From Chiloscyllium plagiosum (lineage: Eukaryota), in contig NC_057718.1 of the NCBI RefSeq assembly GCF_004010195.1, positions 76,685,829 to 76,705,828 of the forward strand: a DNA stretch of 20,000 bases. The letters run 5' to 3'. Under the pieces are notes generated by a model. That model made no database searches and was not told the DNA's origin. It worked only from the letters and a program-made list of their open reading frames with translations. A program made the translations under genes and the position numbers. Shown here piece after piece: positions 8,803 through 18,627 of this stretch; position 1 is the stretch's first letter, and each line of letters starts with the position of its first letter.

Positions 8803-10473
8803 CTCACAGGCTACTCACCGGGTCACAGACCAGATCACCGGGTCACAGGCTACTCACCGGGTCACAGGCTACTCACCGGGTCACAGGCCAGATCACCGGG
8901 TCACAGGCCAGATCACCAGGTCACAGGCTACTCACCTGGTCACAGGCCAGATCACCAGCTCACAGGCTACTCACCGGGTCACAGGCCAGATCACCAGGTC
9001 ACAGGCCAGATCACCAGGTCACAGGCTACTCACCAGGTCACAGGCCAGATCACCAGCTCACAGGCTACTCACCGGGTTACAGGCTACTCACCAGGTCACA
9101 GGCTACTCACCGGGTCACAGGCCAGATCACCAGCTCACAGGCTACTCACCGGGTCACAGGCTACTCACCGGGTCACAGGCTACTCACCGGGTTACAGGCC
9201 AGATCACCAGGTCACAGGCTACTCACCGGGTCACAGGCTACTCACCAGGTCACAGGCTACTCACCGGGTCACAGGCCAGATCACCAGCTCACAGGCTACT
9301 CACCAGGTCACAGGCTACTCACCAGGTCACTGGCTACTCACCAGGTCACAGGCTACTCACCAGGTCACAGGCTAGTCACCCGGTTACAGGCTACTCACCA
9401 GGTCACACGCTAGCTCACCTGGTTACAGGCTAGCTCACCTGGTCACAGGCTACTCACCAGGTCACAGGCTACTCACCTGGTAACAGGCCAGCTCACCTGG
9501 TCACAGGCTGCTCACCAGGTCACAGGCCAGCTCACCTGGTCACAGGCCAGATCACCAGGTTACAGGCCAGCTCACCAGGTCACAGGCCAGATCACCTGGT
9601 CACAGGCTAGCTCACCAGGTCACAGGCTAGCTCACCTGGTCACAGGCCAGATCACCAGGTTACAGGCCTGCTCACCTGGTCACAGGCTAGCCCACCAGGT
9701 TACAGGCCAGCTCACCTGGTCACAGGCCAGATCACCTGGTCACAGGCTAGCTCACCTGGTCACAGGCCAGCTCACCAGGTCACAGGCCAGCTCACCTGGT
9801 TACAGGCTAGCTCACCTGGTCACAGGCTAGCTCACCAGGTTACAGGCTAGCTCACCTGGTCACAGGCCAGCTCACCTGGTCACAGGCCAGCTCACCAGGT
9901 CACAGGCCAGCTCACCTGGTCACAGGCTAGCTCACCAGGTCACAGGCCAGATCACCAGGTTACAGGCCTGCTCACCTGGTCACAGGCTAGATCACCAGGT
10001 TACAGGCCAGCTCACCAGGTCACAGGCCAGCTCACCTGGTCACAGGCTAGCTCACCAGGTCACAAGCCAGCTCACCAGGTCACAGGCCAGCTCACCAGGT
10101 CACAGGCCAGCTCACCTGGTTACAGGCTAGCTCACCAGGTCACAGGCTATCTCACCAGGTCACAGGCTATCTCACCAGGTTACAGGCTATCTCACCAGGT
10201 TACAGGCCAGTTCACCAGGTCACAGGCTAGCTCACCAGGTTACAGGCTATCTCACCAGGTCACAGGCCAGTTCACCAGGTCACAGGCTAGCTCACCAGGT
10301 CACAGGCTATCTCACCAGGTCACAGGCTATCTCACCAGGTTACAGGCTATCTCACCAGGTTACAGGCCAGTTCACCAGGTCACAGGCTAGCTCACCAGGT
10401 TACAGGCCTGCTCACCTGGTCACAGGCTATCTCACCTGGTTACAGGCCAGCTCACCAGGTAACAGGCTAGCTA
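8803..10473. repeat. 19/20-bp minisatellite, about 84 units (GGTCACAGGCTAGCTCACCA-type)
   Basis: The 19-mer GGTCACAGGCTACTCACCR mixes with the 20-mer GGTCACAGGCCAGATCACCA to about 9480, then strict 20-bp register to the end. Confidence 0.98.
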
Positions 10474-10539
10474 TGTATACAAACTGACCCCACCATCAGA
10501 GGTATACCTGGGGGACCAGGTTGACAGAATGAGACATAA

Positions 10540-11456
10540 AATAGAAACTAGGAGGAGGAGTAGGTCATTCGGCCCTTCTAGCCTGATCTGCTATTCAGTC
10601 GGATCATAGCTGACCATCCAACTCAGGACCTGGTTGTCATTTTGTCACCTTTAATCCCCTCAGCCCGAAGAACCAAACGTCTCTTTCTTCAAAACATTTG
10701 TCCTGAACCACTTTCTGTGGTAGAGATCTCCACACGCTCCCCCATGTCTGGCTGCAGCCAGTTCCCCTTGTCTCAGTCCAAAATGGCCGCCTCTGTAACC
10801 TCACACAGTCATCCCCATCCTTTTGAACTCCCCAGTCATTGGAAAGATCTTTCCTGTGTTCACCCTGTCAAGTCCTGTTCAAAGTTTGTAGTTTTCGATG
10901 AGATCACTTCCTGGTTTTTCTAAACTCCAGTGAAAATAATCCTAACTGATCCAGTCTGTCCTCATCCACCAGCCCTGCCATCCCAGGAATCAGTCTGGTA
11001 ACCCTTCGCTGCCCTCCCTCCATCACCAGAACATCTTCCCTCAGATAAGGAGACCAAACCTGTCCACAATACTCCAGGTGTGATCTCCCCAAGATCCGGT
11101 ATAATTGCAGCAAGACCTCCCTGCTCCTGGACTCAAATCCTCTCACTATGTTGGCCAACATCCCATTTCCCTTCCTCACCGCCTGCTGTACCTGCACGCT
11201 TACTTTCAGAGACTGGGGTACAAGGACACCCAGGTCCCATTGCCCCTGCCCCTTTCCCAACCTGTCCCCATTCAGATCATCATCTGCCTTCCTGACCCCC
11301 CCCAACCCCTCACATTTATCCACATTATACTGCATCTGCTCTGTATTTCCCCACTCCCTCAGCCTGTCCAAATCCCACTGAGACATCTCTGACTGCTCCT
11401 CACAGCTCACCCTCCCACCCAGCTTTGTGCTGTCTGCAAACCTGCAGAGATTACAT
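10540..11456 (-). mobile_element. CR1-clade LINE remnant (RT C-terminal half to 3' UTR)
   Basis: FADSTKLGGRVSCEE...MQYNVDKC...VQQAVRKGNGMLANIVRGFESRSREVLLQLYRILGRSHLEYCGQVWSPYLREDVLVMEGGQRRVTRLIPGM. Confidence 0.92.
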
Positions 11457-13414
11457 TATCCCACTGATCCCCGCGGTATCCCACTGATCCCCGCGGTATC
11501 CCACTGATCCCCGCGGTATCCCACTGATCCCTGCCGTGCCCCACCGAGCCCCGCTGTATCCCACTGATCCCCGCGGTATCCCACTGATCCCTGCAGTATC
11601 CCACTGATCCCCGCGGTAACCCACCGATCCCCGCGGTAACCCACTGATCCACGCGGTAACCCACTGATCCCTGCGGTGCCCCACTGATCCCCGCGGTAAC
11701 CCACCGATCCCTGCGGTGCCCCACCGATCCCCGCGGTACCCCACTGATCCACGCGGTAACCCACTGATCCCTGCGGTGCCCCACTGATCCCTGCGATACC
11801 CCACTGATCCCCGCGGTAACTCACTGATCTCCGCGGTACCCCACTGATCCCCGCGGTACCCCACCGAGCCCCGCGGTATCCCACTGATCCCCGCGGTACC
11901 CCACCGAGCCCCGCGGTAACCCACTGATCCCCGTGGAAACCCACTGATCCCTGCGGTAACCCACTGATCCCGGCGGTAACCCGCTGATCCCCGCGGTAAC
12001 CCACTGATCCCCGCGGTATCCCACTGATCCCCGCGGTAACCCACTGATCCCCGCGGTATCCCACTGATCCCCGCGGAAACCCACTGATCCCTGCGGTAAC
12101 CCACTGATCCCCGCGGTATCCCACTGATCCCTGCCGTGCCCCACTGATCCCCGCGGTATCCCACTGATCCCTGCCGTGCCCCACTGATCCCTGCGGTAAC
12201 CCACTGACCCATGCGGTATCCCACTGATCCCCGCGGTAACCCACTGATCCCCGCGGTAACCCACTGATACCCGCGGTATCCCACTGATCCCCGCGGTATC
12301 CCACTGACCCCCGCGCTATCCCACTGATCCCCGCGGTATCCCACTGATATCCGCGTTATCCCACTGATCCCTGCGGTAACCCACTGATCCCTGCGGTGTC
12401 CCACCGATCCCCGCGGTATCCCACTGATCCCCACGGTAACCCACTGATCCCCGCGGTAACCCACTGATCCCTGCGGTAACCCACTGATCCCCGCGGTAAC
12501 CCACTGATCCACGCGGTATCCCACTGATCCCCACGGTAACCCACTGATCCCCGCGGTAACCCACTGATCCCCGCGATATCCCACTGATCCCTGCGGTAAC
12601 CCACTGATCCCTGCGGTAACCCACTGATCCCTGCGGTAACCCACTGATCCCCGCGGTATCCATCTGATCCCCGCGGTAACCTACTGATCCCCGCAGTATC
12701 CCACTGATCCCCGCGGTACCCCACTGATCCCCGCGGTATCCCACTGATCCCCGCGGTAACCCACTGATCCCCGCGATAACCTACTGATCCCCACGGTAAC
12801 CCACTGATCCCCGCGGTACCCCACTGATCCCCGCGGTACCCCACTGATCCCTGCGGTATCCCACTGATCCACGCGGTATCCCACTGATCCCTGCGGTAAC
12901 CCACTGATCCCCGCAGTAACCCACCGATCCCTGCGGTAACCCACTGATCCCCGCGGTAACCCACTGATCCCTGTGGTAACCCACTGATTCCCGCGGTAAC
13001 CCACTGATCCCCGCGGTAACCCACTGATCCCCGCAGTAACCCACTGATCCCTGCGGTATCCCACTGATCCCCACGGTATCCCACTGATCCCTGCGGTAAC
13101 CCATTGATCCCCGCAGTAACCCACCGATCCCTGCGGTAACCCACTGATCCCCGCAGTAACCCACCGATCCCCACGGTACCCCACTGATCCCCGTGGTAAC
13201 CCATTGATCCCCGCGGTATCCCACTGATCCCCGCGGTATCCCACTGATGCCCGCGGTAACCCACTGATCCCCGCGGTATCCCACTGATCCCCGCGGTAAC
13301 CCACTGATCCCTGCGGTAACCCACCTATCCCCGCGGTAACCCACTGATCCCCGCGGTATCCCACTGATCCCCGCGGTAACCCACTGATCCCTGCGGTAAC
13401 CCACTGATCCCTGC
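11457..13414. repeat. 20-bp CpG-rich minisatellite, about 98 units (CCACTGATCCCCGCGGTAWC)
   Basis: Perfect 20-bp register from 11461 to 13410; substitutions only, no indels. Confidence 0.99.
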
Positions 13415-13469
13415 CCCAAATGCTACATTACAACTTCTAGAAATCACTCATTATCTTGGCCTCGATTGC

Positions 13470-13620
13470 TTCCTGTGGGAGTGAATGCCATCACCCTCCT
13501 GCTCTCTGGGTGAAGACATTTCTCCTCAGCTCGGTGTGAAATGGTTTACTCCTCATTCTCGTCCTGCCATCCCTGGTTTTGGACAATGTCTGATTGGAAA
13601 GCTCCCACATTTGCCTTCCC
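13470..13620 (-). mobile_element. Degraded CR1 ORF2 C-terminal fragment
   Basis: SKTRDGRTRMRSKPFHTELRRNVFTQR resembles the CR1 SRTRGH.LR....F.TE.RRNFFTQR terminus. Confidence 0.65.
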
Positions 13621-13911
13621 TGGTAATTTTCTCTCCACACCCTGACAGAAATGTTTACCGTCCGGTTGTACATCCTCTACCAGGCCTCTCCGGTACTGTA
13701 TTCCCGCTCTTCCCCACTTCCTTTTTCCTGCTTTGCTGAAATCTGAGCAGTTTCCAACCCTCAGGCCTGGTTTCCATTTTTGGCCAATTTGTCTGGCCCT
13801 GGCTATTTCCGAACTTCCCTTGTTAGCCATGGCCCCCCTTTTTTGCTCTGTTATGTTTGTGACAGACAGGAAGGAGAAATTATAACACAAACCCTATCTT
13901 GCTGGAGAAAC

Positions 13912-14023
13912 GATTCCGAAGAAGGCTCACTGGACTCGGCACGTTAACATTGCTTTCCCTCCATTTGTGATGCCAGACCTGCTGAGTTTCTCCAGCTCGT
14001 TCTGTTTTGTTTCCGATTTCCAA
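13912..14023 (+). mobile_element. Old Penelope-like terminal-repeat fragment with decayed hammerhead
   Basis: CCGAAGAAGGCTCACTGGACTCGGCACGTT followed by GATGCCAGACCTGCTGAGTTTCTCCAGC; same order as 5246-5320. Confidence 0.6.
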
Positions 14024-14049
14024 AGCTTGCTGCCCGTTGTATTATTTTC

Positions 14050-14460
14050 GGAGTGAGCTATCATTGCAGGTCCCGTTAGCCATTGTCTTCTCAGTGTGAC
14101 CCCTCTCAGTAATACCAACCCGATCTCTGACAGCCAGCTCACGCCTCGTGCCATTATCACTCTGTTTAGATTCAGGACCCTGTCTTGATAAAGAATTCTA
14201 TCGTAAGTGCTTACTTTTCCCGAAAAGGTTTCCAAGTAGAGTTCCAATTATTCCTTTCACGTTGCACACGACCCAGTCTTGAATAGTTTCCTAGTTGGAT
14301 TCTCGATGTATTGATCCAGAAAACCATCTCAAACACACTCTATAAATTTACCCTGTCAGGTATTATTACGGATTTGATTTGTCCAATCCACATGCAGTGA
14401 GGGATGTCCATAATTACAGCACTGCCTGTAATTTCCTGTTTGATCGCTTCCCTAACGTTT
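14050..14460 (-). mobile_element. CR1 LINE AP-endonuclease domain remnant
   Basis: Minus strand GSAVIM.../HVDWTNQI...FIECV*DGFLDQYIENPTRK matches the VIMGDFN...DW...FL.QY..PTR APE motifs. Confidence 0.75.
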
Positions 14461-14625
14461 AGCACAACTGAATATAGATGGAGAATCTCGTGTTCCAGCT
14501 CAGGGCAAGGTGCGAGGATTGGATACCTTGGAATAGTATTGGGAAGGGTGGGCTCCCCAACAGGACCAGATTGGGATCTTGGGAACAGGTTGTAAAGTAA
14601 CAGTCTCCTCTCTCCCCAAAATCAG

Positions 14626-14765
14626 GATCCCAGAGGTGGTCCGGATCTGTGGATGCCTTGCTGCTATCTTCATCCTCTTTCTCTTCACCTCAATCCTGGT
14701 GAAAGTCTCCCTGGAACCCATCGTCTTCTTCACTGTCACCATGCTAACGATTGTCCTTATCAACA
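14626..14765 (+). CDS. SLC29A1: ENT1-like transporter, 140-bp internal exon (TM3 to start of TM4)
   Basis: Acceptor tctcctctctccccaaaatcAG|G and donor A|GTAAGT. Reads (R)IPEVVRICGCLAAIFILFLFTSILVKVSLEPIVFFTVTMLTIVLIN(S) versus human RIPQSVRILGSLVAILLVFLITAILVKVQLDALPFFVITMIKIVLINS. Phases 2/1 join both neighbouring exons in frame. Confidence 0.96.
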
Positions 14766-14799
14766 GTAAGTCTACAACGTGCTAAGAGTGTAACAGGAT

Positions 14800-15705
14800 A
14801 CTGTGTGTGTGTGTGTACACGTACTTGAGAGTGAGTAAACGAGTGTGAGTGTGTAAGTGAAAATGTCTTTAAGATACTGGATCAGTAAGTGTGATTTGGA
14901 AGCTAAGTATTGTGTTTTGTGAGTGTGAGCAGTGTGTGTGTGAGTATGTGAATGTGCAGTACAGAGCATGTGTCCACAAGACTGGGTGAGTGTGAGCAGG
15001 TGTGGGAGCCAGTGTATAAGTGTGAATGTGCAGAGTGTGTGTGTATGAGAGTGGGTGAGTGTGAGAGTGTGAGCAAGTGTATAAGTGTGAATGTGCCGAG
15101 TGTGTGTCTATGAGAATGGGTGAGTATGTGAGTGTGAGCAGGTGTGGGAGCTGATGTATAAGTGTGAATGTGCAGAGTGTGTGTGTATGAGAGTGGGTGA
15201 GTGTGTGAGTGTGAGCAAGTGTATAAGTGTGAATGTGCCGAGTGTGTGTCTATGAGAATGGGTGAGTATGTGAGTGTGAGCAGGTGTGGGAGCTGATGTA
15301 TAAGTGTGAATGTGCAGAGTGTGTGTGTATGAGAGTGGGTGAGTGTGTGAGTGTGAGCAAGTGTATAAGTGTGAATGTGCCGAGTGTGTGTCTATGAGAA
15401 TGGGTGAGTATGTGAGTGTGAGCAGGTGTGGGAGCTGATGTATAAGTGTGAATGTGCAGAGTGTGTGTGTATGAGAGTGGGAGCTGTATGTGGGAGCCAG
15501 TGTATAAGTGTGAATGTGCAGAGTGTGTGTCTATGAGAGTGGGTGAGTGTGTGAGTGTGAGCTGTATGTGGGAGCCAGTGTATAAGTGTGAATGTGCAGA
15601 GTGTGTGTGTATGAGAGTGGGTGTGAGTGTGAGTGTGTATGTGAGGGTGCATCAGTGTGAGTGTCTGAGTGTGAGCACCAGTGTGATTGAGTGTGAAGAC
15701 GTGTG
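14800..15705. repeat. GT/GA-rich cryptic microsatellite organised into about 65-77-bp monomers and a 142-bp dimer
   Basis: GTATAAGTGTGAATGTGC recurs 9 times. The variant GCAAGTGTATAAGTGTGAATGTGCCGAG occurs at 15073, 15215 and 15357 (142-bp period). Confidence 0.92.
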
Positions 15706-15729
15706 TACATTGGGAGTATATCAGACTGT

Positions 15730-15897
15730 GGTAGTGTCATACACCAGGGAAACAGGCCCTTCCGTCCGACCCATCCACGGTCAGATTTCTTAAACAGAGC
15801 CAGTCCCATTCGCCTGCATCTGGCCCCGTAAACCTTTCCTGTCCACCTGGCCGTCCAAATGCCTTGTAAATGGTGTGATTGTAGCTGCATCCACCAT
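15730..15897 (-). mobile_element. CR1 3' UTR/tail fragment
   Basis: GGAAACAGGCCCTTC...AGTCCCATTCGCCTGCATCTGGCCCGTA-like sequence is the reverse-complement homolog of about 6370-6530. Confidence 0.65.
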
Positions 15898-16614
15898 TGT
15901 CAAGCGTCTGTCAGTTCAAAGATATCCCAGAAAATTTGTAATCCAACCTGCAATGTCTATCTATGGACATTCCTCTCCCTAAAACAACCTGTCTCCTTGG
16001 CAACATGAACTGCGTGGGTCTTGTATCCAGGCAGAATTGCCAAGTAACTTCTAGACACCCAACTCCATTCCAACTTAGAATGAATTAGACAGTTTGAAAT
16101 ATCACAGCTTTGAATTTCTTAACAACGCGATGACATAAACCGACCCACAGGACGTACAAGTCCAAGCAGAAACCACCAAACCAATTCAACACGACAAGCA
16201 GCATGTCTCCCCAAAGTTGCATCCTGCAGATTGAAGAGGCCTCACTGGTGAGGATTTAAAGGAGAATTTGCCTCGCTTGGGGAAGGGGTCCCTATTATAA
16301 CCCTTCCCTTAAAATCCGTGTGATTGGAAATGGGAAGAGAAACAGGGTGAATGGTATGAGTCTTCCTCAGCACAGGAAGTGCTGGAAAGTCAGGTTTTCT
16401 ATGTGTTTGATAAAGGTGGAGGTGGAGCAAGTGGAGCAGGTTACGAGGGTGCCCGTAGAGGAAGATAATGGCAGGAATAATGGTGCCAAAGGAGAGATAG
16501 GGATGTAAAATGGGTGTCAATAATAGGAGTGAAAAGCAGAAGATGTCTTGCAAATTCAGCGAGACAAGGCATGGCCAAGAGAGGGTGGGATGGTGAAAGT
16601 AAAATAAAGGAACA

Positions 16615-16985
16615 CAGCTCATACTCTGAAGCTGTGGAGTCAACATTGAGACCAGAGGACTGTAACGTGCCCTGGGTGTGTGAGGTGTTGTTCCTTGAGC
16701 TTGTGAAGTGTTTTGGGATGTTGCAGCAGGAAAATGTCAGTGTGGGAGCAAAGGGGGGGGGGGGGTGTTATAGAAATGGCAAGTCACTGGGAGACCAGGG
16801 TCAGTCTGACAGACAGAGCGCTGGTGTTTCACACCCAGTCTGTGTCTGGTCTTGGCAGTGTGCAGGAGATGGCAGTGGGAGCAGTGAATACAGGAGGCTG
16901 GATTGAAGGAGGTAGAGTGCTTGACCTGGAAGGTGTATGTGAGGCTTTGCCAAGTGAGGGGGAAGAGGTGTTACACCTTTCGCTA
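16615..16985 (-). mobile_element. Highly decayed Penelope-like GIY-YIG C-terminal region
   Basis: Minus strand LLHTAKTRHRLG...DPGLPVTCHF...HKLKEQHL../GTLQSSGLNVD resembles PLE LLYIGETKRRLG...PVA.HFN...KLEEQHLIFRLGTLQPSGLN. Confidence 0.65.
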
Positions 16986-17231
16986 TTGTGTGGAAAGGTC
17001 AATCAAGTTCGAAAGGGTAGACACAGCAAATCCATAGATTGCATTAGGGCTATCCTGGGATCTCGTACTGGGCAAAGAGGCAGGTTTGAGAATTGGCCCA
17101 CAAGTAAAATATCCCTTAGGAACTAGTGATCATAACATGATAATATTTAATATTCAGTTTGAAATTGAGAAAATGGTTTGGAAGCATCTGTTTTTAACAT
17201 AAAGCAATAGTAATATAATGAAAATAGAGGT

Positions 17232-17590
17232 TTTGTTTATATTCATTTGTGGGATGTGGATGTCGCAGGCTGGGCCAGCATTTATTACCCCGTCCCTAGT
17301 TGCCCCCCTGAGAGGGTGGGGGGGAGCTGCCTTCCTGACCCGCTGCAGTCCGTGTGCTGGGGGTAGACCCACAATGTCCCTGAGGGAGGGAATTCCAGGA
17401 TTCGGGACCCAGTGACAGTGAGGGAACGGGGAGATATTTCCCAGTCAGGATGGGGAGGGACTCGGAGGGGGACTTGCAGGGGGTGGGGTCCCCGTGTATC
17501 TGCTGCCCCTTGTCCTTCTCGATGGAAGTGGCTGTGGGTTTGGAAGGGGCTGCCTGAGGATCTTTGGGGAATTTCCCTGGTGCACCTTGG
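17232..17590 (-). mobile_element. 3' end of an L2/CR1-group LINE
   Basis: Minus strand ends GGGGCAACTAGGGACGGGGTAATAAATGCTGGCCCAGCCTGCGACATCCACATCCCACAAATGAATATAAACAAAA, recognised from memory as a common elasmobranch LINE tail. Confidence 0.6.
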
Positions 17591-18118
17591 GATTGTTCTC
17601 CTTGGAGCAGAGAAAGTCAAGAGGAAATTTATTTGAGATGTTGAAAATATAACGTGTTTGTTGAGAGCAAAAGAGTTCCAACGTGAGGGTCAGTAATGAG
17701 AGGACACAGAGTCAGGTTGAACCAGGAGGGGGCTGAGGGGAAACCCCTGTCAGGTCGAGTGTTTTTGGGATAGAAAACCTGCTGTCTGAAGGCATGGCAG
17801 AAATCCATCCAGACAGATATCACAGAGTGACTCTGAAACCTGCAGAGCACCGCTGAGGAAGTAGGAGAAAGGTACTTAGTGGAAAACTCTTTCAGAGAAC
17901 GTGCACAGCAAGATGGGCTGAATAACCTCCTCGCTGCCTCATTATCCAGTGATTCTGAGACGAGGAGAGTGAGCCAAGATGGAACTGTCTTTACAGAGAG
18001 CAGAGAAAACCACCGTGGGACCCCCAACTTGGCTCAGTTACACACACTGGGCCTTACAAGGTGTTGCAATTGTCTGCCGCTAAAGGGAATACCAAAAAGA
18101 GGCAGCCGGTGAAAGGAA

Positions 18119-18301
18119 GGCTCAGTGGTTAGCACCAGGGACCCAGGTTCGATTCCAGCCTCGGGCGACTGTCTGTGCACATTCTCCCCGTGTCTGCGTG
18201 GGTTTCCCCCCACAGTCCAAAGATGTGCAGGTCGGGGTGGATTGGCCGTGGGAAATGCAGGGTTACAGGGTTCAGGTGGGGACTCCCACACTGCAGGGAT
18301 T
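18119..18301 (+). mobile_element. tRNA-derived V-SINE (HE1-type), internally deleted
   Basis: Pol III A box GGCTCAGTGG (18119-18128), B box GGTTCGATTCC (18146-18156), V-domain TTCTCCCCGTGTCTGCGTGGGTTTCC...CCCACAGTCCAAAGATGTGCAGG, tail CCACACTGCAGGGAT. Confidence 0.85.
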
Positions 18302-18361
18302 TAATGCTCCTGATTTCCTCCACACTGTGTGTCTGTCTCTCTCTCTCTCTCTCTCTTGCAG

Positions 18362-18496
18362 GTTTCGGAGCTGTCCTGCAGGGCAGTATCTTCGGCCTGG
18401 CTGGGTTACTGCCTGCGTTATACACTGCGCCCATCATGAGTGGTCAGGGAATGGCAGGGACCTTCGCAGCACTTGCCATGATCTGCGCCATCGCAA
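18362..18496 (+). CDS. SLC29A1: ENT1-like transporter, 135-bp internal exon (TM4-TM5)
   Basis: (CT)n polypyrimidine tract then ttgcAG|; donor A|GTAAGG. Reads (S)FGAVLQGSIFGLAGLLPALYTAPIMSGQGMAGTFAALAMICAIA versus human ENT1 SFGAILQGSLFGLAGLLPASYTAPIMSGQGLAGFFASVAMICAIAS; much closer to ENT1 than to ENT2. Confidence 0.97.
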
Positions 18497-18627
18497 GTAA
18501 GGGATTGCCTCGACATCATCGTCACCGAGCACAGAGCCTCAGGAGGGACACACACCACTCAACAACACGGTCACACACAGCCCAATCCCCTCCCAAAGGC
18601 CTAGGCAGCCATGCAAGCAGAAACCGG

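Noticed and set aside
7938..9433. ORFs of 171-462 aa crossing the gap and the first minisatellite
   Set aside because: Built from Ns and repeat read-through; only 8637-8789 is supported as coding.
11407..13419. Many long minus-strand ORFs (up to 397 aa) with GYRGDQWVTAGISGLPRGSV repeats
   Set aside because: A stop-poor 20-bp unit is open in all three frames; the period is not a multiple of 3 and there are no gene signals.
14772..15890. His/Thr-rich and Cys/Val-rich ORFs
   Set aside because: Translations of the (GT/CA)-rich repeat.
16753..16765. G13 homopolymer
   Set aside because: Isolated run inside a decayed PLE fragment; length unreliable and no further support.
17629..18112. 132-aa minus and 77-aa plus ORFs in unassigned intronic DNA
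   Set aside because: No recognisable domain or splice support, and ENT1 exon continuity leaves no room for an extra constitutive exon.
18119..18165. tRNA gene
   Set aside because: A and B boxes are present, but the anticodon arm is deleted and the sequence continues into a V-SINE body.
8637..18496. Assignment to SLC29A2 (ENT2)
   Set aside because: TLCAMLPLL, FGLAGLLP and YTAPIMSGQG are ENT1-type; ENT2 has TLLSQLPLL, FGQLGTMP and YSTLFLSGQG.
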